From the human T2T-CHM13v2.0 reference genome, Homo sapiens: 64,000 nt of DNA. A program made the translations under genes and the position numbers. Below are positions 39,645 to 57,602 of the stretch, piece after piece; positions within the stretch are counted from its first letter, which is position 1; each line of letters begins with the position of its first letter. The notes beneath the pieces were generated by a model. The model had not been told where the DNA came from. It saw only the letters and a program-made list of their open reading frames with translations, and did not search any database. Where the stretch lies: assembly GCF_009914755.1 (NCBI RefSeq), contig NC_060931.1. One strand, 5' to 3'.

Positions 39645-42228
39645 AGATTTAGTGAGATATAGTGAATATTCAAAGAGATGTGCATATTTAATGTGTACAA
39701 TTTGATGAGTTTAGACATATGAAAATATGAATGATATTACCACAATGAAGGTGGTATGTTTTGGCTGTGTCCCCACCCAAATCTAATCTTGATTTGTAGC
39801 TCCTACAATTTCCATGTGTAGTAGGAGGGACTTGGTGGGAGATAATTGAAACATGGGGGTTGTTTCCCCCATACTATTCTCCTGGTAGTGAGTAAGTCTC
39901 ACGAGATCTGATGGTTTTATAAAGGGAAACCCCTTTTGCTTGGCTCTCATTTTCTCTATTGTCTGCTGCCATATAGGACATGCCTTTCACCTTTTGCTAT
40001 GATTGTGGTGCCTCCCAGCCACGTGGAACTGTGAGTCCATTAAACCTCTTTTTCTTTATAAATTACCCAGTGTCAGTTATGTCTTTATCAGTAGCATGAA
40101 AACAGGCTAATATAGTAAATTGATACCAGATAGTGGGGTGCTGCTGTAGAGACACCCGAAAATGTGTAAGCAGCTTTGAAACTGGGTAACAGGCAGAGGC
40201 TGTAACAGTGTGGAGGGCTCACAAGAAGACAGGAAAATGTGGTAAAGCTTGGAACTTCCTAGAAACTTGTTGAATGGCTTTGACCAAAATGCTGATAATT
40301 ATATGGACAATGAAATCTGGGCTGAGGTGATCTCAGATGGAGATGAGGAACTTACTGGGAACTGGAGTAAAGGTGATTCTTGCTATGTTTTAGCAAAGAG
40401 ACTGGTGGCATTCTGCCCCTGCCCTAGAGATTTGTGGAACTTTGACTTGAGGGAGATGATTTAGGGTATCTGTCAGAAGAAATTTCTAAGCAGCAAAGCA
40501 TTCAAGAGGTGGCTTGGGTGCTGTTAAAAACATTCAGTTTTAAAAGGATAACACAGCATAAATGTTTGGAAAATTTTCAGTCTGACAATGCAATAGAAAA
40601 TAGAAACCCATTTTCTGAGAAGAAATTCAAGCTGGCTACAGAAATTTGCATAAGTAATGAGGAGCCAAATGTTAATCACCAAGATTATGGGGAAAATGTC
40701 TCCAGGACATGTCAGAAGTCTTCACAGCAGCACCTCCCATCACAGGCCTGGAGGCCTAGGAGGGAAAAATGGTTTTATGGACCAGGCCCTAGTCCTCCCT
40801 GCTGTGTGCAGCCTAGGGACTTGGTGCCTTGCATCCCAGTCACTCCAGCCACAGCTAAATGGGGCCAAGGTGCAGCTCAGGCTGTTGCTTCAGAGGGTGC
40901 AAGCCCCAAGCTTTGGCAGCTTCCACTTGATGTTGAGCCTGCAGGTGCACAGAAGTCAAGAATTGAGGTTTGAGAACCTTCACCTAGATTTCAGAGGATG
41001 TACAGAAACATCTGGATGCCCAGGCAGAAGTTTGTTGCAGGGGTGGTGGCCTCATGGAGAACCTCTGCTAGGCCAGTGTGAAAGGGAAATGTGGGGTGGG
41101 AGTCCCCACATGGAGTCCCTACTGGGGCACTGTCTAGTGGAGCTGTGAGAAGGAGGCCACCGTCCTCCAGTCCCCGGAATGGTAAATCCATCAGCAGCTT
41201 GCACCATGTGCCTGGAAAAACCACAGGCACTCAATGCCAGCCTGTGAAAGCAGCCAGGAGGAGGATTATACCCTGAAAAGCCACAGGGGTGAAGCTGCCC
41301 AAGGCCATGGGAGTCTACCTCTTTCATCAGTGTGACCTGGATGTGAGACATGGAGTAAAAGGAGATCTTTTTGGAGCTTTAAGATTTGACTGCCCCACTG
41401 GATTTCAGAATTGAATGTGGCCTTTGGCCCCTTTGTTTTGGCCAATTTCTCCCATTTGGAATAGGAATATTTATCTAATTTCTGTACCCCCATTGTACCT
41501 AGGAAGTAACTAACTTGCTCTTGGTTTTACAGGCTCAGAGGCAAAAGGGACTTGCCTTGTCTCAGATGAGACTTTGGACTGCAGGCTTTTGAGTTAATGG
41601 TGAAATGAGTTAAGACTTTGGGGAAGTGTTGGGAAGGCATGATTGTTTTAAAATGTAAAAACATGAGATTTGGGAGGCTCCAGGGTTGGAATGACATGGT
41701 TTGGTTGTGTCCCTACCCAAATCTCATCTTGAATTGTAGCTCCCACAATTCCCATGGGAGGGACCTGCTGGGAGATAATTGAATAATGGGGGTTGTTTCC
41801 CTCATACTGTTCTCCTGGTAGTGATTAAGTCTCATGAGATATGATGATTTTAAAGGGAAAACCCCTTTCACTTTGCTCTCATTTTCTCTCCTGTCTACTG
41901 CCATGTAAGACATGCCTTTCACCTTGCACCATGATTGTGAGGCCTCCCCAGCCACATGGAAATGTGAGTCTGTGAAACCTCTTTCTCTTTACAAATTACC
42001 CAGTCTCAGATATGTCTTTATTAGCAGCTCCAAAAAGGACTAACACAGAAGGTAATACACAGAGCCAGCACCTTCCAAAGTTCACTTGTGTCCTTTGTTT
42101 TTGTTGTATTGTTGTTATTGTTGTTGTTTGTGGTAAGAACACTTCTTAACATGAGATTCCCTCTCTTAACAAATGTTGAAGTGTGCATCATTACATTGTA
42201 AACTATAGGCACTATGTTATACAGCAGA
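39645..42228 (-). mobile_element. L1MA/MB 3' end split by THE1B (39645-39751 and 42048-42228)
   Basis: Antisense L1 terminus GCATATTTAATGTGTACAATTTGATGAGTTT...ACCACAATGAAGG continues after the provirus with TAAGAACAC...AACATGAGAT...AACTATAGGCACTATGTTATACAGCAGA. Confidence 0.75.
39752..42047 (+). mobile_element. Full-length THE1B-like MaLR provirus: LTR 39752-40114, internal region, LTR 41692-42047
   Basis: Two ~360-bp LTRs and ~1.58-kb internal region with broken MaLR ORF remnants (40249.., 40509..). Perfect TSD GAAGG at 39747-39751 and 42048-42052. Confidence 0.96.
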
Positions 42229-43543
42229 ATAAGCTGTCTTTTAAAATCTTTCCTTTCAAAACTGAAGATCACTCAAGCCAATGTTTCTCATACTGGGATG
42301 TGAATATCCAAAAGGGAAAAGAACGGTACATTTATTTTTAGTTACTCTTTTCCTTTCAAAGATTTTTAAGAAAAAATTAACTAGATTACTTAAAATATAC
42401 TGTAACAAATGGATATATCACACAATGAGATATAAAGCTGCAATAAATTTTAGACATTCTGCTACAGGTTTACATATGGCTCCCTTATGTGTGGAAGGGG
42501 TCATGGAGGGGGTACTTCCAATTTCTTGGGCCAGTAGGAGAGCTCTCAAAACTGTCAAATATGAGGCCACCTTGTCACTAAACTGCTGCATTGTTTAAAC
42601 TTCTACATTCAAATAAGCCAAATTCTTCCATCACTTCTTTGAAGCTAGGAGAAATATTGGCAGCTTATTTGTCATGTTATCATCGATTGAACTTTGAAGA
42701 CAGTTGTTAAATCTTTCATATTATTTTCTATTTTTCAAAAAATCCATTACTTAATTTTTGCTTATAAAATTTACTTCCATTTCATTTGTTTTTCCCTTAA
42801 AGAAATTATCTCTCGAATGACATAAAGATTATTTGTATATTGTACTGAGAAAGGCAGAAGAACATGTTATTAATTGCTGTGGTTAAACCAATAGGCTTGT
42901 ACAAAACCTTTCAACTAAAAATATATGTATGAAACCTAGGAGACAGTATTCATTTTCACTGTCTTAATCTTTCCTCAAAGATAGATCCCATTTATCTGTG
43001 TTTAGATAATTTTATTTCTACTGAACACTTTACTCTTATAATTTTATTTTTCTCATTATTGTTGCTTTATAGTATTACAAATATAAGTATACTACGGTTT
43101 ACTTATTCTACTGTTGATGTTTGTTTTCTCCCACAATTTTGGCCATTTCCAGTTAAACTCTTCTGTGTTTCTTCTGATGAACAAATCTACACATACATGC
43201 CTAGCAAGGGAATGGCTAGGACATAGAATATGAGCATGTTCAGCAAAAGTAGATGCTGCCATTTAACCGAACTGTTTGTACTTTCAAATGCACTGTGAGA
43301 GTCTTCCCACCAGTATCCTCCAACAATAACGTGATCTTCTCCTCATGCTTCTACTTGCATTTTCCTGAGGATTAATGAAGTTGAGAAGCTTTGTGTTTAT
43401 TAGGAAATTTTATATCCACTTAGTGAAGTGCTGATACAAAACACCTGTCTATTTTTAAATAGAGTTAAATTATTTTTACTTACCGATTTTGAGGACCTCT
43501 TTATATATTTTGGAGATGTTTCCTTTGTAAGGATATAAAGAGA

Positions 43544-44083
43544 GTCAACTTTCATTCATAGATTCTGTATTGGCACATTCATTAACTCACCAAAATTTAT
43601 CAGTAACTACAAAATCAACACTTACGGCATCTTTGTGATCATTCACATACATGTGCATGGTGGTAAAAAATGTGAGTGGAGTTTTCTTACACACATGTTA
43701 TCAGCTGAGCTTGAAAAATGTGATGCGCTGTCTTCCTGTTTCAGCTTCATACAGAGATGAGCAGAAGGTGGAGAGGGTATAGGGCAGTGCAGTGCAAGGA
43801 ACTCTGGATGTCGGGTCAGTTGGACAGGATGTGAATTGCAATTCTGACAGGTGTTAGCATGGGACCTCAAACAAGTCACTTAAACATGCTGAACATCATT
43901 TTCTTTTTTCGTGAAATAAAGAAAATAGCATCTACCAGGACTTAGGATTATAATGCATGTGAGATATTATATATATATATATAAAATATGAATTTATGAA
44001 CAATAGAGTAATTGTTCAATATTCACTAACTGCAACATTTTTATAAAACATAACTACTTTGATTAATGAGAATTGAGCCTGAT
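43544..44083 (+). mobile_element. Tigger4/Zombi-family (MER46-like) DNA transposon
   Basis: AAAATTTATCAGTAAC..CAAAATCAACACT...CAGCTGAG...CTGTTTCAGCTTCATAC resembles the recalled Zombi consensus. Includes a MIR-like stretch at ~43790-43920. Confidence 0.6.
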
Positions 44084-45082
44084 ATAGAAATAATCTCATA
44101 ATCTGTGCTTGGCTTTTTACTCTTGTAATGGTGTCCTTGATTAATAGAATTTTATAGTAGTTCAGAGAAATATATAATTTTTTACCCTTTATGGTCAGTG
44201 GTTTTTGTGAACTGTTTATAAAAATCTTTGCCTATATCAGGGCATAAATATATTGTTCTATGTATTATTATATGTTTTATTTTTATCTTCTAAATGTGGA
44301 TATACAGTCACCAAAAACTGATTTTTATATATGGTGTGAGATAGAGGTTAAGAGTCATTTTCCTTTGCTGGATGGATATCTAATTAACCCAGCTTAACTT
44401 ATTGAAAGGACCATCTTTTCTTGATGACACTTCAGTATTATTACTGCCATTAATCAGGTGACTATATGTGTTTGGGCCTGTTTCTGGATTCTATTGTGTT
44501 TACTGGTCAATTTGTCAATTCACACACTAATACTAGACTTTCTTACTAACTACAAATTCAAAATAAGATTTAATATCTGGTTTTATGAGTCCTGCAGTTT
44601 TGTTCTCTTTCTTCATTTCCTATGCCTTCCCCTCCTCTCCTCCTGCTTCTCCTCTTCTTCCTTCTTATTCTGTTTTTCCTGTACAGAATTGCTCTAGACG
44701 AACTATTTTTTAATTTGGATTTTCATAAAAAACAGATTTTTAAAAATAATTTTAGAGTTAAAAGAATACCTCCTGCATATCTACTGCAATAACATTGTAT
44801 CTATATTTTAAGAAGAGTTGATATCTGTATGATATGAAATCTACCAAACCTTGAATGTGATATATCCTCCATTTATTTATTTATTTTTAATTTTCTTATA
44901 TAATGTTTTGTATTTTTCCATGTGTGGGAATTTTGTATATTTCTTTACATGTATCCCTGGGTATTTGATTCTTTTTAAACTATGTTAAATAATGTTTTAT
45001 ACTCTCCATTTTTTATTTGTTGCAATATATATAATTGATTTATTTTGCCATGTCAGCATTTATTGTACTGAATTAATTTTGC

Positions 45083-45365
<283 letters not shown>

Positions 45366-47705
45366 TAAATTTACACATGTATTTTTTTATGTGCTTCCTT
45401 GGATTTTCTTTGTGTATAAGCTTGTCACCTGTGAATAATAATTATTTTATTTCTTCTTTTCTAATCTGCATGCCTCTTCCTTCTTTCCCTCACCTCATGG
45501 CACTGGCTGGGCCGTCCAGTGCACTGTTGAATACAAGCGTGAGAGGGAGCCTCCCTGTGTTGTCCCTGGTAGTCACGGGGATAGCTGCCACCCTGTCAAC
45601 ACTGAGTGTGAGGGAGCATGACTGTGGGGCCAGACATCAGATTAAAGAAAGAACCTTCTATTTTAGTTCACTGAGAATTTTTATACTGAACTATTGGATT
45701 CCATCAAATAATTTTCTGCATCTAAACTATTACCAGAAGATATATCAGTTTTCTTTTGTTGCTCTTGGTGGGTTTTATAATGTGGAATTATAATATGCAT
45801 TTCACAATATTTCTGAGATGTATTTTTTTTTTACTGTGACTTTCTGCTGAAGTTTTTAATCTCCCTATGCTGTGCAATTCCAGAATTATTTTTAAAATCA
45901 TGTGCCCAAGTTCTCCGGTCGACACCTGTATGCCTACAACTCTTCTGAATTGTGTCTCCTTGCAGTACGTGCAATAACTTCCAGCCTGTCAGCCGCCTGC
46001 CTGTTGCTCAGATAGCAAATGCTCCCAGGGTGAGAGTAGCCACAGAAGCCATTTTATCTTGCTGAGTTCTGCTCTTCAGAGAATTAGCTGTTCGGTTCCA
46101 ATTCTCTCCATTATTCTCCATTGACTTCAATCCAATGGTTAATTTATTTTAGCAGACATTTTGTATTGCATCTGTGACAGTTCTGTATACAGCCAACTAT
46201 ATTTCAAAAGGGAGAAGTAAGTTATCTCTATTTAATTTATTTCAGACACCCTATTCAACTATCAAATATTTTAGAGAAAAATCTGCATAATTTTAGAGCA
46301 ATTTTATAGCAATTACATTAATAATCTCATCACAAATATTTTAAAATTATTTGCATCTTTCTTTCTTGATTATTGAAGTACATATTATACTTAAACATAG
46401 AGGAAATTAGAGATTACACGGCAGTGTACATCTTCACTTGATATTATATTATGCATATTTTTCTACTGTCCAATCTATAATATATCCATTACTCTTTCCT
46501 TGCCCCAGCCCTGTATAATGAATACAGGTATATATCTTTTTACCTTCCCTATGATTATAAATTGTAAAACAGTGTGCTTCCAGAAATGGTTGATCGCTTG
46601 CTTTGTTTCAACCTTCTATTGACAACAAATATAAACTGAATCAGATATATTTAAAATAAGTACTTTCGAAAGAATTACAGAACTATCACACCGGCAAAGA
46701 TTTTCAGGGCAACAGTTTGAGAGAGAAGGGAAGCTCAGATTTGTGACGCCAACTTGGCACCACCATTTTCCTAGTAAAACATTTGATGACTTATTAGTGA
46801 GGAATAAAGGTAGACAGGATACAGGAGACAATCCAGTTTGGGGGAAACAGAGAATGGGGAAATTATTTGGAAGAAAATTTTATAATAGGTATCAAAATTT
46901 GAAATATGCAAACACTTTGAATAAACTTTAAACAAATAATTTCATATTTATAAATCCAAACCCATAGTTCAGAAGTATGAAGAAGGGAAAAAAAAAGGTA
47001 TGAATAAAGCTGGCCACAAATATGTGCAATATATACACGATGTGTACAAATGTGTACGATATCGTAGAGCTTTTTACAAGAGAAAGAAACTTTCATGAAA
47101 CTATTATGATCTAAGGGAAAATGTACTGTCATAATGGTATTTTATCTTGATGCATGTATTAATATTTGCTATTTAGGAAAAAATACTAGATATAGTAGAT
47201 ATAAAACAATAATGTGCACATGTACCTCTGTATGTGTACTTGGATGAGAAAGACATTGTACCCACCAGCTGTAAAATGCAGCATGCCACCTGTATGGATG
47301 GGGAGAGTGTAGTCAGGGTGGTTAGGGGTAAGGAAGAGCCTTAACTTTTTTATCCTATGCATTTTGGTGTTGCTCAAACCTTTTATAATTAGACATTCAT
47401 GAACTCCTTGAGCATTAAAGTATATATCTGCAAATAAAATATTGTTCTTGGGAATGCTGTATTTTTCCCTTTTATTTTTTAAATAAGTCTGTGTTCCCAT
47501 TATTCCCAGCGGAGAAAACTCACTGAGGTCTCAGTAACAGAAAATTATATGTATATTTTGTTTAGCAAGTTTATTTTCATTGTGTAGTCCTGTAGATCAT
47601 TTAACTAATTGTATTCCCCTCTTATGGTCTATCATCTAAGCCACTTAGATCCATCTTTATGGTCTAGATTTCAGGTGTAAAGTGATTACTAAAACAAATC
47701 AGAGA

Positions 47706-48018
47706 GGCTGGGCGCGGTGGCTCATGCCTGTAATCCCAGCACTTTGGGAGGCCGAGATGGGAGGATCACAAGGTCAGGAGATCGAGACCATCCTGGCTAA
47801 CACAGTGAAACCCCGTTTCTACTAGAAATACAAAAAATTAGCCAGGTGTGGTGGCAGGTGCCTATAATCCCAGCTACTTGGAAGGCTGAAGCAGGAGAAT
47901 GGAGTGAACGCAGGAGGCGGAGCTTGCAGTGAGCCAAGATTGCACCACTGCACTCCAGCCTGGGCAACAGATTGAGACACCATCTCAAAAACAAAACAAA
48001 ACAAAACAAAACAAAACG
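47706..48018 (+). mobile_element. AluY-like SINE with (AAAAC)n tail
   Basis: Full dimer with ACCATCCTGGCTAACA and GCGGAGCTTGCAGTGAGCC. TSD AAAACAAATCAGAGA (47691-47705) / AAAACAGATCAGACA (48019-48033). Confidence 0.96.
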
Positions 48019-48066
48019 AAAACAGATCAGACAGAAAAAAATTAGAAATTGTAAGGTAATAAGATA

Positions 48067-51885
<3,819 letters not shown>

Positions 51886-52421
51886 AGAAAGCTGACTGTT
51901 TTTGGCATGAATAGAATGAATTGACTAATGAACTTGAAGAAAATGTTGACAGTAAGGGAAGCGCCAGTAAGATCCCTGAAGACATAGATATGGTCAAGAC
52001 AAAGTTGTGGTACTATCCCGGTGTTTTGCATCCCAGAAGGATATGGAACACTTGGAAGGTGTTTGAGTAGAGACTTTGTCTGAGACTCTGGAGGGAGGAG
52101 AAGCAAGGCACTGTGCCTCTACTCACTGTCCCCTTCCCTAATGGTTCAGACCATTGTGACTGCACCATGTGAAGCAGGGCCACTCCCTGTGTCCCACTGG
52201 AGAGCTCCATGAATGAAAACATTCTCTAACAGGACCTCTGAGCCAAGAACATGCAGGGGGCTGGGCAGGTCACATAAAGAGAAAAGCGTGACTGAGAAAA
52301 TTACCTGCCAAACTAACTAAACTTACTTTTTTATGTTTTCATTTACTTTTTACTCTTTTATGATGTCAACATTTAATAACATGAAAGCAAATCTTTTTTC
52401 TATTTATAATGTAGTCTTTTT

Positions 52422-52652
52422 TCAAATTTATTCACGTATTTATTTTAAATTGTCAGATATAATTATATGTATCTATTGAGTACAGCATGATATTTTGAAG
52501 TATATAGTTCAAGAGATCTGTCATACAGCATAGTGATTGTAGTTAATAATGATATATTTTATTCTTGAAAAATGTTAACAGACTGGATCTTAAATGTTCT
52601 CCCTATAAAAATGATAACTATCTGAGGTAAGGTATATTTTAATTAACTAATT
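52422..52652 (-). mobile_element. Short L1MA-type 3' end with inverted 5' part
   Basis: 52422-52506 is an antisense terminus. 52507-52652 is the sense copy of the segment immediately upstream in the L1MA 3' UTR. Confidence 0.7.
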
Positions 52653-53384
52653 TTGTACAATCTAGGTAACAGAGACCCAGTGAAACTGCAAGTAAGTAAG
52701 CACACAGCTGGAGTGTGGCTGAGAAAGCAAGCCTGCTCTCACCAGGCCAGGGAGAGTGGCCGGCAAGGTTGCTCTGGGGTCCCTGAGGTGGTGGCCGATA
52801 TGACTGTGCCCGAGTCACCCAGGGAAAGGGTTCTGAGCTGTGGGAGAGATGTCGCAAACAGGTCCCCATGCTGGAACACTTGGACTTCAGGCCCAAGAGG
52901 ATGCACAGCTTCTGTGCTGGCTGTTTTCCTTGCGGAAATGCCTGCAAAGGATTCATGAGCATGCCGCAGGGAGCCTTCCGTGAGTTAAGATTTCTCTTCC
53001 TTCCCTGACCAGAGTTTGACCACATGGCTCAAAACAACAGGAAATTTGCAAATTTGATGCAGACAGGGACTTGAGTGCTTGAGCTGTGGGACTCACCCTG
53101 TGGTGTGCTGCCCTGAGGCCATGTGTGCATCAGCAGCAGCATGAGGGAATACAGACACAGGGAAAAGCCCATCAGATTGGGAGAATTCCTACATGCACAC
53201 TGGTGTCATTTGCACCACTAACATTTGGCTGGTTTGCTTTGCAGCTGTAGGTAACTTAGGCCCCCCCCACCCTGGAGAGCCACTGGCATGGAGTACTCAG
53301 CCCCAATGCCACATGGTGGCATTAGCCCCTTGAGGGTGTGCCCCTAGGGAAGAGTTCAAAATGCATCCCACCCCTATGTGTTCC

Positions 53385-53757
53385 TGATATGGTTTGGTTT
53401 TGTGTCCCTGCCCAAATCTCCTGTCGAATTAGAAGAGGGGGCTGGTGGGACATGATTGGATCATGGGGGCTGCTTTCCCCCTTGCTGTGCTCATGATAGT
53501 GAGTCAGTTCTCACATGACCTTATGGTGTAAACGTTGCAGTGTGGCACTTTCCCCTTTGCTCTCTCTCTCTCCTGCCACCATGTGAAGAAAGTCCTTGCT
53601 TCCCCTTTGCCTTCCACCATGACGGTAAGTTTCCTCGGGCCTCCCAGTGATGTTTCCTGTTCAGCCTGTGGAACTGTAATTCAATTAAAACTCTTTTCTT
53701 CATAAATTACCCAGTCTCAGTTAGTTCTTTAGAGCAATCTGAAAACAGACTAACACA
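53385..53757 (+). mobile_element. MSTA-like MaLR solo LTR
   Basis: TGATATGGTTTGG ... AAATTACCCAGTCTCAG...GACTAACACA. Perfect TSD GTTCC at 53380-53384 and 53758-53762. Confidence 0.93.
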
Positions 53758-54191
53758 GTTCCTCAGCAACATGCAGAGTCTCTGTCACAGAGATCAGACC
53801 GTGGCTTCTCTTCTCCAACTCCCATACCCTCTGCCTCAAGAAATCCATACATATTGGTCCATAAAGAATCATCCCACCCCCATGAACCCTCAAAAACTGG
53901 GTGGTAATGAAGCTGCCCCATTCCACAAAGTGGGTGTGTGCTGTCTCACTTCAGGCCAAATGACAGTTGGGGCTGCCCCTAGTCTACTTCCACAGCCCTC
54001 CAACCTGGAGGTCTGGCATTTCAGGGAAGTAGCTCAGACAACAGATTGAAAATGTTTCACCCCTGGAAGCTCCAGTCTGCTTTACTGGAAAGCCTTCCCT
54101 GAGAACAACATGCAGGAGCTGGCAGGAGGTGAAGCTTTGGTGCTGTTGGGAAAGAAACCACCTTGGCATCAATAGCCACTGAAAGAGCCAT

Positions 54192-54440
54192 AGAGCCTAA
54201 TGATTGATTGTGGGTTCTAAAGTCCAACAGCCTGCGTTTTAATCTTGGCTCTTTTAATTAATAGTTTGTGACCTTGTTCAACGTTCTTATTGTCTATATG
54301 CCTTAGTTTCTTCACTTGTCAGTGGGTTTAATAATAATATCTATCTCATAGAGTTGCAGTGAGGATTCATTGAGTTAATACATGTACAACCTTGTCAATA
54401 TCTGGTACACGTGGAGCATATAAAGCATATGAACTGTTAT
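54192..54440 (+). mobile_element. MIR SINE
   Basis: TGTGACCTTG...GCCTTAGTTTCTTCACTTGT...ATAATAATATCTATCTCATAGAGTTG..GTGAGGATT. Confidence 0.8.
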
Positions 54441-55113
54441 CAGAGGTGCTCAGGGATGTGTCCTGGTTTCTGTGTGCCAGCCTGCTTGGTACCCAGCTGC
54501 AGCCAGAAAACTGAAGTAGAACTGAAGACAGCTGATAATCTCACCAACTTGGAGACAGGGCTAGACTGGGCATCCAGTCTGGGCATCCAAAATTTCTTGT
54601 TTTGTCATAGAGCAGAGCCTTCAATAATTGACTGAGAAAGATATTTGCATCTCAGTTTATAGAGGGACAGCCAGTTACAATATGATGATTGTAAACCTAT
54701 GAATATGGCATGTGATGCAATCAAGAAAAGAATAAATGTAAACATCTCATCTAATTATTTCCTGGGAGGAAAATAACAAGAATATCAAGTTTGTTTATTC
54801 TGTTTTTCCTTCTAAGTTAATTTTGGTAATTGCATACTTTCATCCACATTTTGTTGTCTGCTGTACATTCTCTCCCACCAGGTGGAGATGGCCTCTTGGG
54901 TCCTGTCTATAACATAAGGGCATTGTTGCTTTGGGGATGTAGTCATGGCAATGCAGTCACAAAATGGTCCTTTGATATCCAAAAGCATCCTGTGACCCCA
55001 ATGCTATCAAACCATCCTTCGTGTAAAGGGCTATATACAGTATAGTTACTATCTTAACACTTTACCTGTAAAACTGTTGTTAATTTCAAAACTTCCATAA
55101 GATTGTAACCCAG

Positions 55114-57176
55114 GCGGGATTGGGAGAGTTCAGGGTGATATAAAATTACTCAATAAAATACTAATTGAATCCAACAGCATATTAAAAAGATAATCCACCA
55201 TGAGCAAGTGAGTTTCATACCAGGGATGCAGGGATGGTTTAACATCCACAAGTCAATAAATGTGATACACCACGTACACAGAATTTTTTTAAAAAATCAC
55301 ACGATTATCTCAATAGATGCAGAGAAAGCATTTGACAAAATCAAGCATTCCTTTATGATTAAAACCCTCAGCAAAACTGGCATAGAAGGGACATACTTTA
55401 AGGTAATGTAAGCCATCTATGACAAACTCACAGCCAACCCTATACTGAATGGGGAAAAGTTGAAAGCATTCCCCTGAAAACCAGAAAAGGGTGCCCACTT
55501 TCACCATTTCTATTCAACATAGTACTGGAAGTCCTAGACAGAGCAATTGAACAAGAAAAGGAAATAAGGAATATCCAAATTGGTAAAAAGGATGTCAAAC
55601 TGTCGCTGTTTGCTGGCTATATGATTTTATAGCTAGAAAACCCTAAAGACTCATCCAAAAAGTTCCTAGAACTGGTAAACGAATTCAGCAAAGTTTTAGG
55701 ATACAAAATCAATGTACACAAATCAGTAGCTGTGCTATACACCAACAGTGACCAAGCTGAGAATCAAATCAATAACTCAACCCCCTTTACAATAGCTGCA
55801 AAAAATAAAATAATAAAATACTTAGGATTATACCTAACCCAGGAGGAGAAAGACTTCTACAAGGAAAACTACAAAACACTGCTGAAAGAAATCATAGATG
55901 ACACAAACAAATAGAAAGACATCCTACGGTCATAGGTGGGTAGAATCAATATTGAGAAAATGACCATATTGCCAAAAGCAATCTACAAATTCAATGCAAT
56001 TCCCATCAAAATACCACCATCATTCTTCATAGAACTAAAAAAAAACCTAAAATTCATATGGAACCAAAAATGAGTCAGCATAGCCAAAGCAAGACCAGCC
56101 GAAAATAACAAATCTGGAGACATCTCATTACCTGACTTCAAACTATATCATAAGGCCATAGTCACCAAAATTGCATGGTACTGGTATGAAAAAAGGCACA
56201 TAGATCAATCAAACAGAGTAGAGAACCCAGAAATAAAGCCAAATACTTACAGCCAACTGATCTTCAACAAAGCAAATAAAAACATAAAGTAGTGAAGGAT
56301 GCCCTATCCAACAAATGGTGAAGAGATAATTAGCAAGCCACATGTAGAAGAATAAAACTGGATTCTCATCTCTCACCTTATACAAAATTCAACTCATGAG
56401 GGATCAAAAACTTAAATCTAAGACCTGAAACCATAAAGATTCTAGAAGATAACATTAGAGAAACCCTTCTAGATATTGGCTTAGGTAAAGACTTCAAGAC
56501 CAAGAACCCAAAGACAAATGGAACAAAAACAAAAATGAATGGATGGGACTTAATTAAACTAAAAAGCTTCCACACAGTAAAAGAAATAATCAGCAGAGTA
56601 AACACAGAACCCACAGAGTGACGGAAAATCTTCACAATCTATACATCCAACAAAAGACTAATATCCAGAATCTACAAACCACTCAAGCAAATCAGCAAGA
56701 AAAAAAAAAATCCCACCAAAAAGTGGGCTGAGGGCATGAATAGACAATTCTCAAAAGAAGATATACAAATGACTCAATAAGCATGTGGAAAAATGTTCAA
56801 CATCACTAATTATCAGGGAAATGCAAATCAAAACCACAATGTCCTACCACCTCACTCCTGCAAGACTGACCATAATCAAAAAATCAAAAATGTAAACTAG
56901 TACAACCACTATGGAAAACACTGTGGAGATTCCTTAAAGAACTAAAAGTAGATTTACCACTTGATCCTGCAATCCCACTACTAGGTATCTACGCAGAGGA
57001 AAAGAAGTCATTCCATGAAAAACATACTTGCACACACATATTTATAGCAGCACAATTACAATTGCAAAAATATGGAACCTGCTCAAACGCCCATCAATGA
57101 ACAAGTGGATAAAGAAAATGTGATATATACGTGTGTGTGTGTGTGTGTGTGTATATACATACCATATATATACATG

Positions 57177-57229
<53 letters not shown>

Positions 57230-57602
57230 TATACTACTCAGCCATAAAAAAGAGAAATAATGGCATTTGCAGCAACCTGGATGTGGATGGAATTGGAGAC
57301 TATTATTGTAAGTGAAGCAACTCAGGATTGGAAAACCGAACACCACATGTTCTTACTCATAATTGGGAGTTATGTTACGAGGACACGAAAAGCATAAGAA
57401 TTATACAATGGACTTTGGGGACTGAGGGGAAAATGTGGGAGGGGAGTGAGGCATGAAAGACTACACATTACCTACAGTGTGCACTGCTTGGGTCATGGGT
57501 GCATGAAAATCTCAGAAATCACCAATAAAAAACTTATTCATGTAACCAAATACCACCTGTTCCACATAAACCTATTAAAATAAAAAATGAATTTAAAAAA
57601 AC
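55114..57602 (+). mobile_element. 5'-truncated L1PB-like LINE-1
   Basis: Broken ORF2 ([26 protein letters not shown]) and L1PB-type 3' end (CTCAGAAATCACCA...GTAACCAAATACCACCTGTTCC). Perfect 14-bp TSD AGATTGTAACCCAG at 55100-55113 and 57603-57616. Confidence 0.95.
57131..57233. repeat. Compound (GT)n/(TA)n microsatellite inside L1PB
   Basis: Seen directly. Confidence 0.95.

Noticed and set aside
40249-41493. Cluster of overlapping ORFs, mirrored at 11603-12874 and 30749-30964
   Set aside because: These are broken remnants and alternative frames of the THE1 internal region, not host genes.
52950-53260. Possible old MLT1-type LTR in a GC-richer patch
   Set aside because: Only the terminal motif (GGTTTGCTTTGCAGCTGTAGGTAACT) is suggestive, so family and boundaries cannot be supported.
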